This document shows positions 29,805-42,685 of a stretch of 64,000 bases of DNA, piece by piece. Under the pieces are notes generated by a model. The model saw nothing but the letters and a program-made list of their open reading frames with translations, did no database searches and was not told where the DNA came from. Position 1 is the first letter of the stretch, and every line of letters begins with the position of its first letter. The position numbers were made by a program, and so were the translations under genes. Source of the DNA: a bacterium (GTDB lineage Bacteria; UBA8248); contig CBDATS010000004.1 in NCBI GenBank assembly GCA_965200245.1, forward strand, positions 416,001-480,000, written 5' to 3'.

Positions 29805-30143
29805 TCAAAGCTGAAAGGCAATCCAGGCAGAAACCACAGCCCAAGTCGTAAGTTCAGCGATTCCGGTTAATCTGTTATACGTCATCGTGAAATTTTCAGG
29901 AAAAATCCCGCTTGGAAGTGCATGGTGGAATTGTCCCCCGTCAATGAAATCCATGGCGGCGAATCTTCCTTCCGGTGAATAGAGAGTCGACGATTTTCCC
30001 GGCACCATATTGCTCGACCTTCGACCTGCGCCCACGCTTCCTCTCCATTCCAAGTTCCCCACGAGGATGTCCGGGGAGATCGTGATGACACCTTCGCGCA
30101 GGACGCGGGCCGCCAATCTATTCACGATGCGATACCTCCCCAA
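29805..30143 (-). CDS. Hypothetical protein or gene fragment
   Basis: 112-aa ORF with RBS GGAGG; no motif recognised. Confidence 0.25.
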   Translation of the reverse strand: MGRYRIVNRLAARVLREGVITISPDILVGNLEWRGSVGAGRRSSNMVPGKSSTLYSPEGRFAAMDFIDGGQFHHALPSGIFPENFTMTYNRLTGIAELTTWAVVSAWIAFQL

Positions 30144-30363
30144 TAACTTTCATACTGATGCGTCGGAAGCCATTCGACATGATCCAGACCTTTTTCATCC
30201 ACCGAAACACTTCCTCGATGACCAACTCGTCGAAACGCAAAAACCCCGCTCATGGCGGGACATTGGATAATATAGAGGTGCGGATTGGGGGAGTAATTAC
30301 GCGGCCTTCATGTTGAGAAATACGCCTGCGCGCTGCACAATGCCTGGCGAGGAGGACACTTCG

Positions 30364-30771
30364 ATGCGCTTGAGCGCGCCAGCAATCACTATATTCGCCG
30401 TTTTCACGCTTTGGCTGTTTGGACTGCCCGACTCACCGGCCCAAGGCCACGGAGAGGAGGAAATCCTCCTGTTTGCTTATCTCGCGGAGGAACGGAACCT
30501 GCTCAGGATATCAACCGCCATCGTAGGCTGCATCATCCTGGCGATGGGCGTCTTCATCACCCAGCAATCGCGCGCCGAGGCCAGGGAAAGCGCGGGATCC
30601 GAACACCCGCCTTTCAAGGTAATGGCACCGGGGATGCTGGTCACGTGTTTGGGCGTCGCGATATTGTTCACGGCCGCCTTTATCTTGCCCGAACAAATCA
30701 AGATCGTCCACGATCATCCCCTGGAACACATCAAGACGAAAACCACGAGAAACAACGGCAGCCCCCCGTAA
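30364..30771 (+). CDS. Hypothetical membrane protein
   Basis: RBS GAGGAGG; signal-like N-terminus plus two TM helices (APG motif). Confidence 0.65.
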   Translation: MRLSAPAITIFAVFTLWLFGLPDSPAQGHGEEEILLFAYLAEERNLLRISTAIVGCIILAMGVFITQQSRAEARESAGSEHPPFKVMAPGMLVTCLGVAILFTAAFILPEQIKIVHDHPLEHIKTKTTRNNGSPP

Positions 30772-31325
30772 ACCTTCCCCGCGCAACAACTACTCACCGC
30801 GCTTTTCCTGTGAGCTTTTCCACAATGTGTAGCACCGCCAGCACCTGCGCAGGCCTCTCAACGCCGGCACCCACCCCCCGTTCCCGGCCCGTACGCGGAA
30901 GCGATACCGCCCGGATCTGTTACGGAACACCTCTATGGGAAAATGCATCGGGAAATTTACGGCCAACACACGACGCCCCCAGAAAAAACCCAAAAGCACG
31001 AGACATGTCCCCGTGACGGTGAAACACAAAACGGTGCGTTTCCCGACCGCCCAGCACGAAAGCATCGCGTCCGCTCTTTTTTCGAATCCGTTATATTTTG
31101 CGAATGATCCTCCTACCTCTGTATTGGTGGCATCCCGTGCACCTCACGTATGCAGCGTATCTCGACCCTTGGGATTTCAGGCCTTGATCCTTTTCGGTCG
31201 ATGATGGAAGATACGGGTACAGGGGGGATGACGCGCTTTAGACAGAGAGCGCGTGCCTACCCTAGCCTGTTCAATACGACAACGATGCGTAAACCGTGCA
31301 TGCCGCTACTAATAGGAGATGACCC

Positions 31326-31814
31326 ATGAAAAAACTGACCGCCATCGCCCTCGTCGCCGCATTCAGTCTGGGTCTTGCCGGTTGCCGCGCCGATGGAACC
31401 ATGGACAAGCAGACCGGCGGAGCGATCATCGGGGGAATCGCGGGCGGCCTGATCGGTTCGAAGATCGGCAAAGGCCGGGGTCGCCACGTGGCAACTATCG
31501 CGGGGGCTGTTCTAGGCAGCCTCGCGGGCAGTTCCATCGGGAAGCAACTCGACGAACGCGACCGTCTGTTGATGTCGCGCAGCACGCAAAGAACACTTGA
31601 GAGGGGAAAAACGAACGTGGCCAGCACGTGGGTGAACCCCGACACAGGCAACCGGGGCACCATCACACCCCAGCGTACCTACCGGGTCAAGAGAGGCTCC
31701 ACATCAAGTTACTGCCGTGAGTTTCAGCAGACCATTACCGTGGGCGGCAAGACCGAGCGCGCCTATGGTCGCGCCTGCAGAAAACCCGACGGAAGCTGGC
31801 AGATCGTCAACTAG
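31326..31814 (+). CDS. 17-kDa surface antigen-like glycine-zipper lipoprotein
   Basis: Lipobox LAGC, Gly zipper, W.NPDTGN.G, CREFQQ..GRACRKPDGSWQIV. Confidence 0.92.
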   Translation: MKKLTAIALVAAFSLGLAGCRADGTMDKQTGGAIIGGIAGGLIGSKIGKGRGRHVATIAGAVLGSLAGSSIGKQLDERDRLLMSRSTQRTLERGKTNVASTWVNPDTGNRGTITPQRTYRVKRGSTSSYCREFQQTITVGGKTERAYGRACRKPDGSWQIVN

Positions 31815-31940
31815 AGGGGACCGCGCAGAGACTCGCATCATATATCGTTGCCAGTCCTGTCCCGTCAGTTTCCGTATGGGACTCATGATCCCTCGGAGAT
31901 ATAATCCGCATATTGCGGCCTGATCCACGAGAGGCACCTC

Positions 31941-32351
31941 ATGAAGAAGCGGATGTGCGAATACGTGGCTTTCGTTTTTTTGATATCCGGGTGTGCGGGC
32001 TCGGAAATCATGCCCGTGGCACGCCATACCCCCCATGATGAAAAACACTCCTGCACCTTGCTCAAGGCGTAGATAAAGGCCAACGGGAAGGAAATCGAGA
32101 AAAAGACCACCGAGTGGACGAACAAGACATACACAAACCTCATCCTGGGCACCGCAGGCGTATTTTTCATTGTCCCTTGGCTCTTCACGGATTTGAAGGA
32201 CAAGGAAGCAATCGAGATCGAAGCGCTTGAGCAGCGAAACGAAGCTTTACGCCGGCTCGTCGCCGCCAAGGGCTGTGACGAGCCACTCCCCATCGTTACA
32301 ATCCAGAGAAAACCGCAGGAAAATACAGGCGATGTCCACTCGCAAAAATGA
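31941..32351 (+). pseudogene. Lipoprotein gene with one internal TAG
   Basis: MKK..LISGC lipobox; SCTLLKA-TAG(32070-32072)-IKAN...VPWLFTD..ALEQRN..KGC in frame. Confidence 0.7.
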
Positions 32352-32546
32352 ATCAGATATATTTCAGGTTCCGCAGGAGCAGTTCGAAACGCCGCACTCG
32401 ATACGGAAGATGGCAGGAATTCGCGGGGTGGATCGTCCGGGCAAACCGGATTGTTCAAATGATTCCCAAAGATTGTTCATCGTTGATGATTTCAGGAACA
32501 TATTCATTCAAGCGATTGATTCAATACAAATTACATAACTGATGGG

Positions 32547-33431
32547 CTAGTCGAGTTCCCTGCCGAGCAGTTCTATGAAGCGTCTCACGCCGCCGTGTAG
32601 CGGTTTGTCGCGCCTGTGGATGAGGCCCAGCGGCCGGATAATGCGCTCGCCCTCAAAGGGCAGCACCGCCAGCGTGTTCATGGCCCGTTCGTTGTGTACA
32701 GCTGAACTCGGCAGGATACTCACCCAGGTGTCGATGAAAAGCGCCTCCTTTATGCTCTCCACGTTGTCGAACTCCATCACGATGTCCACGCTCACATCCG
32801 CCTTGCGCAAGACCCTGTCTATGGCACCGCGGATCGGGATATCGGCATCGAACGCCACGAAGGGCTCTCCCGCAAGGTCTCCAAGCCTCACCGCGTGGCG
32901 AAAGGCGAGTTGATGCCCCGGATGGGAGACGAAGAACATGGGCTCATCCTTGAAGGGAACGACCCGCAGCGCCTTGTCCCGTGGAGGATAGGAAAGAATC
33001 CCAACATCGGCCGTATCGTCCAGAACCGACCGCACCACCTTCTCGGGATGCAGACACTCCAGGAGAACCCGCGCCTGGGGATACAGTGTGCGGAAACGCT
33101 GCATGTAGGCGCCCATCTGGTGGAGCCCCACCGAGTAAATGGCTGCGACGCGTACCTGACCGTGCACCTCGCCGATGCCGTGCGATATTTCCGCGCAAAC
33201 CTGGTCGAATTCTCCCAGCATCTTGCGGCAAGCCTCATAGAACCGCGCGCCTTCTTCGGTAACGCCGAAAGGCCGCTTGCTCCTGTCGATCAACTCGACG
33301 CTCAAACCCCCTTCCAGTTGCCGAAGCGCCTGGCTCGCAGCGGGCTGGGTGACGCCGTTCAAGGCGGCTCCCTTGGAAAAGCTTCTCTCCTGAATGACGC
33401 GGCAATAGAGTCGCAAGGTTTCTATGTTCAT
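32547..33431 (-). CDS. LysR-family regulator divergent from gltBD (GltC-like position)
   Basis: SFSKGA..VTQPAASQALRQLE HTH; FDNVESIK. Confidence 0.93.
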   Translation of the reverse strand: MNIETLRLYCRVIQERSFSKGAALNGVTQPAASQALRQLEGGLSVELIDRSKRPFGVTEEGARFYEACRKMLGEFDQVCAEISHGIGEVHGQVRVAAIYSVGLHQMGAYMQRFRTLYPQARVLLECLHPEKVVRSVLDDTADVGILSYPPRDKALRVVPFKDEPMFFVSHPGHQLAFRHAVRLGDLAGEPFVAFDADIPIRGAIDRVLRKADVSVDIVMEFDNVESIKEALFIDTWVSILPSSAVHNERAMNTLAVLPFEGERIIRPLGLIHRRDKPLHGGVRRFIELLGRELD

Positions 33432-33444
33432 GAGGAAAGACTAC

Positions 33445-33500
33445 AATATAAGCAACATCAATGCAATGAATTAAATGTTTTAGTTTGCCTTATTTTCAGC
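33445..33500. promoter_or_regulatory. AT-rich divergent control region with a LysR-type T-N11-A box
   Basis: ATAAGCAACATCAAT at 33448-33462, just upstream of the LysR start. Confidence 0.35.
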
Positions 33501-33629
33501 AGCGTGTTATATTTGAAGTCCGTTTCATGAAATCAGCATACGGTATCCATAGGGCACTTTCAGGAATTCCCCATAGAATGTGTGGGGGATTACCCGAGAA
33601 ACTCTCTGAACAAGAAAGTTGGTGAAACG

Positions 33630-36600
33630 ATGAGAAAACCCTTACAAAAACAGGGTCTGTATGATCCTGCCTTTGAACACGACGCATGCGGCGTGGCTTT
33701 CGTTGCGGACATCAAGGGACGCAAGTCCAACGACATTATCCAGAAATCCCTCACCGTCCTCCGCAACCTCTCCCATCGCGGTGCCACAGGTTCCGAGAGG
33801 AATACAGGAGACGGGGCGGGAATCCTGATTCAGTTACCCCACAAATTCCTCCACAAAGTATGTGAGACGGAAAAATTCAGGGTTCCGGCGGAAGGCCGCT
33901 ATGGAGTGGGTTCGGTGTTTCTCCCCAAATCCCCCAACCAGGCGAACGAATGCGAGCAGATAGTCGAGTCCATCGTATATGAGGAAGGTGCCGACGTTTT
34001 GGGTTGGAGGCCGGTGCCTGCCGATCTCTCCACAGTCGGTCCCACAGCGCGCGAGGCCGCGCCGCAATTCCGCCAAGTCTTCATCGGCGGATTCGACGAC
34101 GAGCTCGACGCGATGGGGATCGAACGCAAGCTCTACGTCATCAAAAAGCGGGTAGAACACGCCGTTCGCGAGTCGGACGTGCGTGACAGGGACGAGTTCT
34201 TCATCCCTTCGCTCTCCGCGCGCACGCTGGTTTACAAGGGGATGCTAACCGCGAAACAACTGGAGAAGGTATTCCCCGATCTCAGCGATCCGGACGTGGA
34301 ATCGGCTCTCGCGCTCATCCACTCACGCTTTTCCACCAACACGTTCCCCTCTTGGCCGCTGGCACACCCGTATCGTTGCCTCGCCCACAACGGCGAGATC
34401 AACACCCTGCGCGGCAACATCAACTGGATGCGCGCCAGAGAGGCATTCTGCGAGTCTCCACACCTGCCCGATCTGGAAAAAATCCTGCCTGTCATCATCG
34501 AAGGCGGAAGCGACTCGGCGATTTTCGACAACGTACTCGAGTTCCTCTACATGGCCGGGCGGGAGATGCCTCACGCTGCCCTGATGATGATCCCCGAACC
34601 CTGGGTGGGGCATGAATCCATGAGTCAGGAAAGGAAGGCGTTCTATGAGTTCCACGCGAGCCTCATGGAGCCGTGGGACGGACCAGCCTGCATCACTTTC
34701 ACTGACGGATCGGTTATCGGTGCCGTGCTGGACAGAAACGGACTGCGACCCGCCAGATATTACGTTACACACGACGATCTGCTCGTCATAGCATCGGAAG
34801 TGGGCGTCCTCGATATCGCGCCCGAAAACGTAAAGCTCAAGGAACGCCTCCATCCAGGACGCATCCTGCTCGTAGACACCGAGGAAGGTCGCATCGTCGA
34901 TGACGAGGAGATCAAGTCGCGCTACGCCTCCGAGCATCCATACCGCGAATGGCTGGACACGCACCAACTCCATCTCGACGAATTGCCCGACACCCCGCAA
35001 CTTCCCGAGCCGGATCACGAAACCATCCTCAACAGACAGAAAATATTTGGATACACGCAAGAGGATTTGCGGTTTTTCATCGGCCCGATGGTGAACCAGA
35101 AAAACGACCCCACCGGCTCGATGGGCAACGACGCGGCACTTGCCGTCCTCTCGAACCGGGCACGTCTTTTGTACGACTATTTCAAGCAACTCTTCGCCCA
35201 GGTGACGAATCCGCCCATCGACGCGATTCGAGAGGAAATCATCACGCAGCTATCCTCGACCGTGGGTCCGCAAAAGAACCTCCTGGCACCACAACCCGAT
35301 TCCTGCCGCCAGGTACAACTCGACTCGCCCATCCTCAACAACGAGGACTTCTATAAGCTCGTGCACATTGAGCAGGCCGATTTGAAGGCCGTCACCCTTC
35401 CCATACTTTTTCGGAGCGAAGACGGCCCCGAAGGACTCGAACAGGCGATGGCCGAGTTGTGCCGAAAGGCCAGCCGGGCCATTGAGCAGGGCTACAGTTT
35501 CATCGTCCTGTCGGATCGGGGCGTATCGAAGGAATATGCCCCCATTCCGGCGCTTCTGGCCACCGCCGGCGTCCACCACCATCTCGTGCGCGAGGGAACA
35601 AGAACACGCATCGGACTGCTCGTCGAGACAGGCGAAGCCCGCCAAGTGCACCACATGTGCCTGTTGCTCGGTTTCGGCGCAGCAACCATCAACCCCTATC
35701 TCGTCTTTGAGACCGTCGACGATATGATCCGAAACGGCCTCATCGAAAACATAGACCTGGATACAGCGCACAGGCACTACATCGCAGCCCTCAACAAGGG
35801 CATTCTCAAGGTGATGTCCAAGATGGGCATCTCGACCATCCAGTCGTATCGGGGTGCGCAGATATTCGAGGCTATCGGCCTGAAACGTGATTTTGTGAAG
35901 AAATACTTTACGTGGACGGCTTCGCGCATCGGTGGAATCGGCATCGACGTTGTGGCCCAGGAGACCTTGAAGCGACTTAACAACGCCTTCCCCGAGAGGC
36001 CCGTCGGATCCCAGGAACTCGAAGGCGGTGGAGACATCCAGTGGCGACGGGACGGGGAGTTCCATCTGTTCAACCCCGAAACCGTCTTCAAGCTCCAGCA
36101 CTCGACGATGTCGGGACGCTATGAAATTTTCAAGGAATACACCGACAAGGTGGACAACCAGAACAAGCATCTGGCTACGTTGCGCGGGCTTCTTGATTTC
36201 CGGTGGGCGGAAGACCCCGTACCTATCGACGAAGTGGAGCCGGTCGAGGATATCATGAGGCGCTTCAGCACGGGCGGCATGTCCTACGGCGCCTTGAGTT
36301 CCGAAGCCCACGAAGCGTTGGCCATCGCCCTGAACCGCATCGGCGGCAAGTCCAACTCGGGCGAAGGCGGGGAGGACGCGGACCGCTATACACCCGATGA
36401 GAACGGCGACTTCCGGCGGAGCGCCGTTCACCAAGTAGCTTCGGGACGCTTCGGCGTGACGAGCGAATATCTGGTCAACTGCACGGATCTGCAGATCAAG
36501 ATGGCCCAGGGCGCGAAGCCCGGAGAGGGGGGGCAGCTACCCGGCCACAAGGTCTACCCCTGGATAGCAAAGACCAGGCACTCCACGCCCGGTGTGGGCC

Positions 36601-38186
36601 TCATCTCTCCGCCACCGCATCACGATATCTATTCGATCGAGGATTTGGCGCAGCTTATATACGACCTCAAGAACTCGAATCCTCAGGCCAATGTTCACGT
36701 GAAACTCGTTTCCGAGGTCGGTGTCGGCACCGTTGCGGCGGGCGTCTCCAAGGCCCACGCCGACACTATCCTCATTTCGGGCCACGACGGCGGCACGGGC
36801 GCCTCGCCCATCACGAGCATCCTCCACGCGGGTACCCCCTGGGAGTTGGGGCTGGCGGAAACGCAGCAGGTTCTCGTGCTCAACAGACTGCGCGACCGGG
36901 TGGCCGTGCAGGTGGACGGGCAGATGAAGACGGGTCGCGACGTTATCGTGGGCGCTCTTCTGGGTGCGGATGAGTTCGGTTTTTCCACCGCACCGCTCGT
37001 GGTGATGGGCTGCATCATGATGCGCGTGTGCCACCTGAACACCTGCCCCGTCGGTGTCGCTTCCCAAGACCCGAAGCTGCGCGAAAAATTTGACGGCAAG
37101 CCCGAGTTTGTGGAGAACTTCTTCCGTTTCGTCGCCGAAGAGGTGCGCGAGTACATGGCCAGGCTCGGATTTCACACGATGGAGGCAATGATCGGGCGTG
37201 TGGACAGGCTCGACACCAAAAAGGCGGTGAACCACTGGAAGGCAAAAGGCCTCGATTTCTCGGCCATCCTCCACAAACCCGACGCCGGACCTGACGCAGC
37301 CATCCGCCAAATCACCAGGCAGGACCACGGCCTCGAACGATCACTCGACATGCGGGAACTGCTACCCCGATGCAAGGAGGCGATCGAGAATAAAACGCCG
37401 ATTAGCTTCGAACTTCCTATTCGCAACACGCACCGGACGGTAGGGACCATTACCGGTTCTGAACTGACGCGCAAACACGGGGGCAAAGGCCTGCCGGATG
37501 ACACCATTCGCATCCACTTCACCGGCTCCGCCGGGCAGAGTTTCGGCGCCTTCATCCCCAACGGGATGACGCTATCGCTCGAGGGCGACGCCAACGACTA
37601 CATGGGCAAGGGGCTCTCGGGCGGCAAGCTGATTGCCTATCCCCCCAACGGGGCAGGATTTGCAGCCGAAGAGAACATCATTACCGGAAACGTGGCACTA
37701 TTCGGAGCCACTTCGGGAGAGGCGTATTTCCGAGGCGTGGCCGGCGAGCGTTTCTGCGTGAGAAACAGCGGCACGTACACGGTGGTGGAGGGTGTGGGAG
37801 ACCACGGCTGCGAATACATGACGGGTGGCCGCGTCGTCATCCTGGGCAAGACGGGCAGAAACTTCGCCGCCGGTATGTCGGGAGGCGTTGCCTACGTGTT
37901 GGACGAGGCGGGTGATTTCGCCAAGCGCTGCAACATGGAGATGGTGGACATTGAGCCACTCCAGGCGCCCGACGATGTCGAGGAGGTGAAGGACCTTATC
38001 AAGAAGCACATCGAATATACGGACAGCACACAGGCAAGAGCGATTTTTGACGCCTGGGACGAGAACCAGCCGCGATTCGTCAAGGTGATGCCGCGCGACT
38101 ACAAGCGCGCACTCACCGCTATCGAAGAAGCGAAGGGCAAGGGCATCCCATGGGAGGAAGCCGTCATGGAGGGAGCTCATGGGTAA
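33630..38186 (+). CDS. gltB: Glutamate synthase large subunit
   Basis: [47 protein letters not shown]. Confidence 0.98.
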   Translation: MRKPLQKQGLYDPAFEHDACGVAFVADIKGRKSNDIIQKSLTVLRNLSHRGATGSERNTGDGAGILIQLPHKFLHKVCETEKFRVPAEGRYGVGSVFLPKSPNQANECEQIVESIVYEEGADVLGWRPVPADLSTVGPTAREAAPQFRQVFIGGFDDELDAMGIERKLYVIKKRVEHAVRESDVRDRDEFFIPSLSARTLVYKGMLTAKQLEKVFPDLSDPDVESALALIHSRFSTNTFPSWPLAHPYRCLAHNGEINTLRGNINWMRAREAFCESPHLPDLEKILPVIIEGGSDSAIFDNVLEFLYMAGREMPHAALMMIPEPWVGHESMSQERKAFYEFHASLMEPWDGPACITFTDGSVIGAVLDRNGLRPARYYVTHDDLLVIASEVGVLDIAPENVKLKERLHPGRILLVDTEEGRIVDDEEIKSRYASEHPYREWLDTHQLHLDELPDTPQLPEPDHETILNRQKIFGYTQEDLRFFIGPMVNQKNDPTGSMGNDAALAVLSNRARLLYDYFKQLFAQVTNPPIDAIREEIITQLSSTVGPQKNLLAPQPDSCRQVQLDSPILNNEDFYKLVHIEQADLKAVTLPILFRSEDGPEGLEQAMAELCRKASRAIEQGYSFIVLSDRGVSKEYAPIPALLATAGVHHHLVREGTRTRIGLLVETGEARQVHHMCLLLGFGAATINPYLVFETVDDMIRNGLIENIDLDTAHRHYIAALNKGILKVMSKMGISTIQSYRGAQIFEAIGLKRDFVKKYFTWTASRIGGIGIDVVAQETLKRLNNAFPERPVGSQELEGGGDIQWRRDGEFHLFNPETVFKLQHSTMSGRYEIFKEYTDKVDNQNKHLATLRGLLDFRWAEDPVPIDEVEPVEDIMRRFSTGGMSYGALSSEAHEALAIALNRIGGKSNSGEGGEDADRYTPDENGDFRRSAVHQVASGRFGVTSEYLVNCTDLQIKMAQGAKPGEGGQLPGHKVYPWIAKTRHSTPGVGLISPPPHHDIYSIEDLAQLIYDLKNSNPQANVHVKLVSEVGVGTVAAGVSKAHADTILISGHDGGTGASPITSILHAGTPWELGLAETQQVLVLNRLRDRVAVQVDGQMKTGRDVIVGALLGADEFGFSTAPLVVMGCIMMRVCHLNTCPVGVASQDPKLREKFDGKPEFVENFFRFVAEEVREYMARLGFHTMEAMIGRVDRLDTKKAVNHWKAKGLDFSAILHKPDAGPDAAIRQITRQDHGLERSLDMRELLPRCKEAIENKTPISFELPIRNTHRTVGTITGSELTRKHGGKGLPDDTIRIHFTGSAGQSFGAFIPNGMTLSLEGDANDYMGKGLSGGKLIAYPPNGAGFAAEENIITGNVALFGATSGEAYFRGVAGERFCVRNSGTYTVVEGVGDHGCEYMTGGRVVILGKTGRNFAAGMSGGVAYVLDEAGDFAKRCNMEMVDIEPLQAPDDVEEVKDLIKKHIEYTDSTQARAIFDAWDENQPRFVKVMPRDYKRALTAIEEAKGKGIPWEEAVMEGAHG

Positions 38187-39630
38187 GCCGACGGGTTTTG
38201 TAGAATTCGGAAGAGAAGCGCCCAAAACGAGGCCGGTGGAAGAGCGTGTCCACGACTGGGACGTTGTCTACCTTCCCACGCCACACGAGACCCTCAAACG
38301 TCAAGGCGCGCGTTGTATGGACTGCGGTATTCCCTTCTGCCACCAGGAATGCCCGCTGGGCAACCTGATCCCCGACTGGAACGATCTGGTCTACCGGGAT
38401 TTGTGGAAAGACGCCATCGACAGGCTCCACGCAACGAATAATTTCCCCGAGTTCACCGGCTGGCTATGTCCCGCTCCGTGCGAGGATTCCTGCGTTCTGA
38501 CCATCAACGACTCTCCGGTGACGATCAAGGAGATTGAGAAATCCGTTATCGAGCACGCCTTCGAACAGGGCTGGGTGAAAGCGACCACGCCTGCGGTGCG
38601 CACCGACAGGAAAGTTGCCGTCGTAGGCTCAGGGCCGGCGGGTCTGGCCGCCGCCCAGCAACTCAACTGGGCAGGGCACTACGTCACAGTCTTCGAGCGG
38701 GATGACAAGCTCGGCGGGCTCATGCGCTACGGGATACCGGATTTCAAGATGGACAAGACCTACATCGACCGCCGCACGCAGCAGATGAAGGAAGAGGGCG
38801 TGACGTTTCGCGTGAACGCGAACGTGGGCGTCGACCCAAAGGTTTCCGAGCTACAGGAAGAGTTCGACGCCATCGTGCTGGCCGCAGGTGCTTTGCAACA
38901 CAGGGATTTGCAGATTCCGGGCCGAGAGCTGGAAGGCATCTACTTCGGCATGCGCTACCTCACCATGCAGAACCGGCAGCTCACGGGCGGGAACATGCCG
39001 GACGAGGAAGTCATAACCGCGAAGGACAAGCACGTGGTTGTCATCGGCGGCGGCGACACGGGCGCTGACTGCGTGGGCACAGCCCACAGGCAGGGGGCAA
39101 AATCCGTCCGGCAGTTCCAGTACCACCCGCGTCCCCCTGACAAGCGGAACCCGTTGGACGACCCGTGGCCGAACTATGCGAACATCTTTCGTACAGCACC
39201 CATGTATGAAGAAGGCGGGGAGCGCATCTTTCAGATTCAGACCCGTCGTTTTCTGGGGGAAAACGGCCATGTGCGCAAAATCGACACCGTAAAGGTGGAC
39301 GAATCGCACGATGATTCTGGAAGGGCCGTCTTCACCGAGATTCCGGGCACGGAGGAGGAAATCGATGCGGACCTCGTGCTCATCGCCATCGGTTTTCAGG
39401 GTCCCGACTGCCATCCCTTGCTGGAAGAACTGAATCTCAAGCGCACCGGGCGTGGCGCGGTAAGCCGCGACGAGCGATGGATGACGAACGCACCCGGCGT
39501 CTTCGTGGCGGGCGACATGATGCGTGGTGCATCCCTAGTGGTCTGGGCGATAGCGGATGGACGCTCCTGCGCCCGCGCCGTGGACGAATACCTCATGGGA
39601 GAATCGCACCTGCCCGCCCCGCTGGAGTAG
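38179..39630 (+). CDS. gltD: Glutamate synthase small subunit
   Basis: [32 protein letters not shown]. Confidence 0.98.
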   Translation: MGKPTGFVEFGREAPKTRPVEERVHDWDVVYLPTPHETLKRQGARCMDCGIPFCHQECPLGNLIPDWNDLVYRDLWKDAIDRLHATNNFPEFTGWLCPAPCEDSCVLTINDSPVTIKEIEKSVIEHAFEQGWVKATTPAVRTDRKVAVVGSGPAGLAAAQQLNWAGHYVTVFERDDKLGGLMRYGIPDFKMDKTYIDRRTQQMKEEGVTFRVNANVGVDPKVSELQEEFDAIVLAAGALQHRDLQIPGRELEGIYFGMRYLTMQNRQLTGGNMPDEEVITAKDKHVVVIGGGDTGADCVGTAHRQGAKSVRQFQYHPRPPDKRNPLDDPWPNYANIFRTAPMYEEGGERIFQIQTRRFLGENGHVRKIDTVKVDESHDDSGRAVFTEIPGTEEEIDADLVLIAIGFQGPDCHPLLEELNLKRTGRGAVSRDERWMTNAPGVFVAGDMMRGASLVVWAIADGRSCARAVDEYLMGESHLPAPLE

Positions 39631-39694
39631 GCGACGTTTCCTGAGGTTTGCGTCCTTCTCGATTCATCAACTTTCGAGAAGCTATCCACGAAAC

Positions 39695-39730
39695 AAGCCC
39701 GGCGAAGGGATCCTCCGCCGGGCTTTTGCT
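39695..39730 (+). terminator. Intrinsic terminator after gltD
   Basis: AAGCCCGGCG...CGCCGGGCTT followed by TTGCT. Confidence 0.6.
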
Positions 39731-39773
39731 TCATCACATGGCTGCAGGAACTCCTGAACAACCGGGATTCACA

Positions 39774-40190
39774 CTAGTTCGCCAGCACCTCGTTCCTGAT
39801 GGGCTCGATATCGAAAACTTCGGGCTTCTTCATGTCCACCGTCACCTTGACGGCGTGCATCTGCTTCACGCCGAATACCTGAAGCACAAATATGTTCGGC
39901 GCTTTTTGGAGGAGCGGACGCGTAATCTTGCATTTGTGGCTGTCCCCGTAGATCAGAAAAACCGGCCTTGAACATATCGGCGTGGACCGCGACCACGATG
40001 GCTCTGGCGGCAACCCCTTTCTCGAAACCTGCGTTCAACCAAGCGCCACGAAGGTGAAGGGCTTATTGGCCGAGGCGACACCCGTCGTCAGCGCGAGCAG
40101 CGCAGCCGCGAAGGACAAGGCACCTAGGCATTTTTCCCAAAGTGATGCGGAATTTTCCATCGAACCCATCCAACTGTCCCCCATGTTTAG
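39774..40190 (-). pseudogene. Internally deleted secreted metallophosphoesterase-like gene
   Basis: Signal peptide + FTFVALG, then AIVVAVHADMF in another frame, then PVFLIYGDSH..VFG..MHAVKVTVD; far too short for the family. Confidence 0.5.
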
Positions 40191-40381
40191 GTCAAAGAAA
40201 GTTACGGCCTCTTCCACGAACGAAGAAAATCTTCCGTTCGACGTTCCTGGCCATTGCGGATCTTGGCACTCAATCGGGGGAAATATAAAAAATATCTCGA
40301 GAGGAAAGGTTACGAACAGGTGACGATTCTATGGACTTACGATAAATCGAGGGTAGGTAGATAATATCCCGGCACCCAAAC

Positions 40382-41260
40382 CTAGTTGCGCCAGCCCAGC
40401 CTGTCCACCATGCGCAGGAGGATATCCGAGCGGTTGAGTGCATACACGTGAAAATGCCTGGCGCCCAGTTCCATCAACTCCTGAATCTGAGCCGCCGCAA
40501 GTTCTGCCGACTTTTCCTGAAACGCCTCCGTGTCATCCTGGTGGGGCGCAAGATACTCCACAACGCTCGGGGGCACGCTGGCCCCGCACTTTCCCGCAAA
40601 ACGCTGCACCTGGGCCACGTCGCGCACGGGCAGGATGCCCGGTGCCAGCGGGATCGTAACGCCCCGCCTCGTCATCTGCTCCATGAACCGCTCCCAGACA
40701 GAAGCCTCGAAAAAGAACTGCGAAGCCGCATAATCGGCACCCTGATCCACCTTGCGGGCAAAGTGATCCATGTCTTCGTTCTTGTCGGGCGTTTCGGGGT
40801 GCCCCTCTGGATAGCAGGCCACGCCAATCGAGGAGAGTCCACCCAGGGTTCTGAGCCACCGGACGAGATCCGCAGCGTAGCGGAACTCGCCGGACACCGC
40901 CTCTTCACGCGTCATGCCCTCAGGGATGTCTCCCCGAAGCGCCAGGATGTCATTCACCCCGTTTTCCTGATAGATGGCCATCAGACGCGAAATTTCCGCC
41001 TCGTTCGCGCCCACGCAGGTGAGATGCGCCACCACGCGGCCCGGATAGAGCCTCGAAAGCTCCAGCACGAGTTCGAGCGTGCCCTCCTGCGTGGAACCGC
41101 CCGCTCCGTAGGTCACCGAGGTGAAGGCGACATCCATCGCGTCCTGAATCGCCGCCACCTCGCGCAGGGTACGATCCACCGCCTTTCGTCCCCTGGGCGG
41201 ATAGAGTTCGATGGAAACGCTTACCCTCTCGGAAACAATGCTCTCGGTGATGGCGGACAA
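40382..41260 (-). CDS. metF: Methylenetetrahydrofolate reductase
   Basis: SIELYPP, SVTYGAGGS, AHLTCV, LALRGD, YPEGHP, SQFFF, HVYALN. Confidence 0.93.
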   Translation of the reverse strand: MSAITESIVSERVSVSIELYPPRGRKAVDRTLREVAAIQDAMDVAFTSVTYGAGGSTQEGTLELVLELSRLYPGRVVAHLTCVGANEAEISRLMAIYQENGVNDILALRGDIPEGMTREEAVSGEFRYAADLVRWLRTLGGLSSIGVACYPEGHPETPDKNEDMDHFARKVDQGADYAASQFFFEASVWERFMEQMTRRGVTIPLAPGILPVRDVAQVQRFAGKCGASVPPSVVEYLAPHQDDTEAFQEKSAELAAAQIQELMELGARHFHVYALNRSDILLRMVDRLGWRN

Positions 41261-41373
41261 ACCGCTACCCTTTCCCTCCGCTCTCGGGCGGACATCGGCA
41301 GAATGAGAGACGCAAAAAACGGGCGCGGGGCGAATCCACCCCGCGCCCAGAAGCACAAACCTCAGGAGCAGGC

Positions 41374-41838
41374 CTAGTTCAGACCCTCAAGCGCCGCGAA
41401 GAGCTTTTCATCGTCGGGTTTCTCGGGCGGAGCCGCCGTCTGCTCCATATAGGCGACATTCCCGTCCTTGTTGACAAGAATCACCGCGCGGTTGCTGAAA
41501 CCCTTGTCGTTCAGCAAGCCATAAGCCGCACACGTTTCCTTGCCGAAAAAGTCGCTCAGTAACGGGAATTCGATGCCGTACTTCTCCGCCCAAGCAACGT
41601 GGGCGAACGGGCTGTCCACGCTGATGCCGATGACCTCGCAGTCGGCGGTGTCAAACCTCGCCTTCTCCTGCTGATAGGCGGGCAGCTGTTCGCTGCATAC
41701 GGAGGAGAAATCGAACGGATAGAAGCAAAGGAGCACGTTCTTCTTGCCACGGTAATCGCTCAACTTGATCGTGTCACCTTCTGCGAGAGTTCTCGGCAGT
41801 TCGAAGTCGGGAGCCGCGTCACCTACGCTCAAAGCCAT
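41374..41838 (-). CDS. AhpE-like 1-Cys peroxiredoxin
   Basis: [19 protein letters not shown] (Cys = TGC), ISVDS, LLSDF. Confidence 0.9.
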   Translation of the reverse strand: MALSVGDAAPDFELPRTLAEGDTIKLSDYRGKKNVLLCFYPFDFSSVCSEQLPAYQQEKARFDTADCEVIGISVDSPFAHVAWAEKYGIEFPLLSDFFGKETCAAYGLLNDKGFSNRAVILVNKDGNVAYMEQTAAPPEKPDDEKLFAALEGLN

Positions 41839-41851
41839 GGAAAAAATCCTC

Positions 41852-42439
<588 letters not shown>

Positions 42440-42685
42440 TTCGTTTTCTCCTTGATGGGAATGGAATGTTCTGATTCACATGGCAAAAATGAAGCTACAG
42501 AGGCCAATGCCCCTAAAACTTATCGAATCTCCGCAACTCGCATGAGCGGCGATGTGAGAAGCTGCGGATGAATTTTCCGTTTAGCGTAAATTTTCTCTCT
42601 GCCCTGGTTCATGAGCGCGCGTATTCTACTTTCAGGGATCGACTGCGTCAAACCACATCCCAAACAGGAACGGCCCACCATTCGG

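Noticed and set aside
32070-32072. Pyrrolysine or amber recoding
   Set aside because: TAG is a normal stop for many genes here (gltD, amtB, acnA) and the context fits Glu; a nonsense mutation is simpler
40035-40037. In-frame TGA after FTFVALG as a fourth Sec codon
   Set aside because: The family has Asp here, not Cys; the protein-like continuation is in another frame and no convincing hairpin follows, so it looks like a deletion junction
41660-41700. Fossil SECIS after the peroxiredoxin Cys codon
   Set aside because: Only a 4-bp stem (GCTG/CAGC) with no G-initiated loop; too weak
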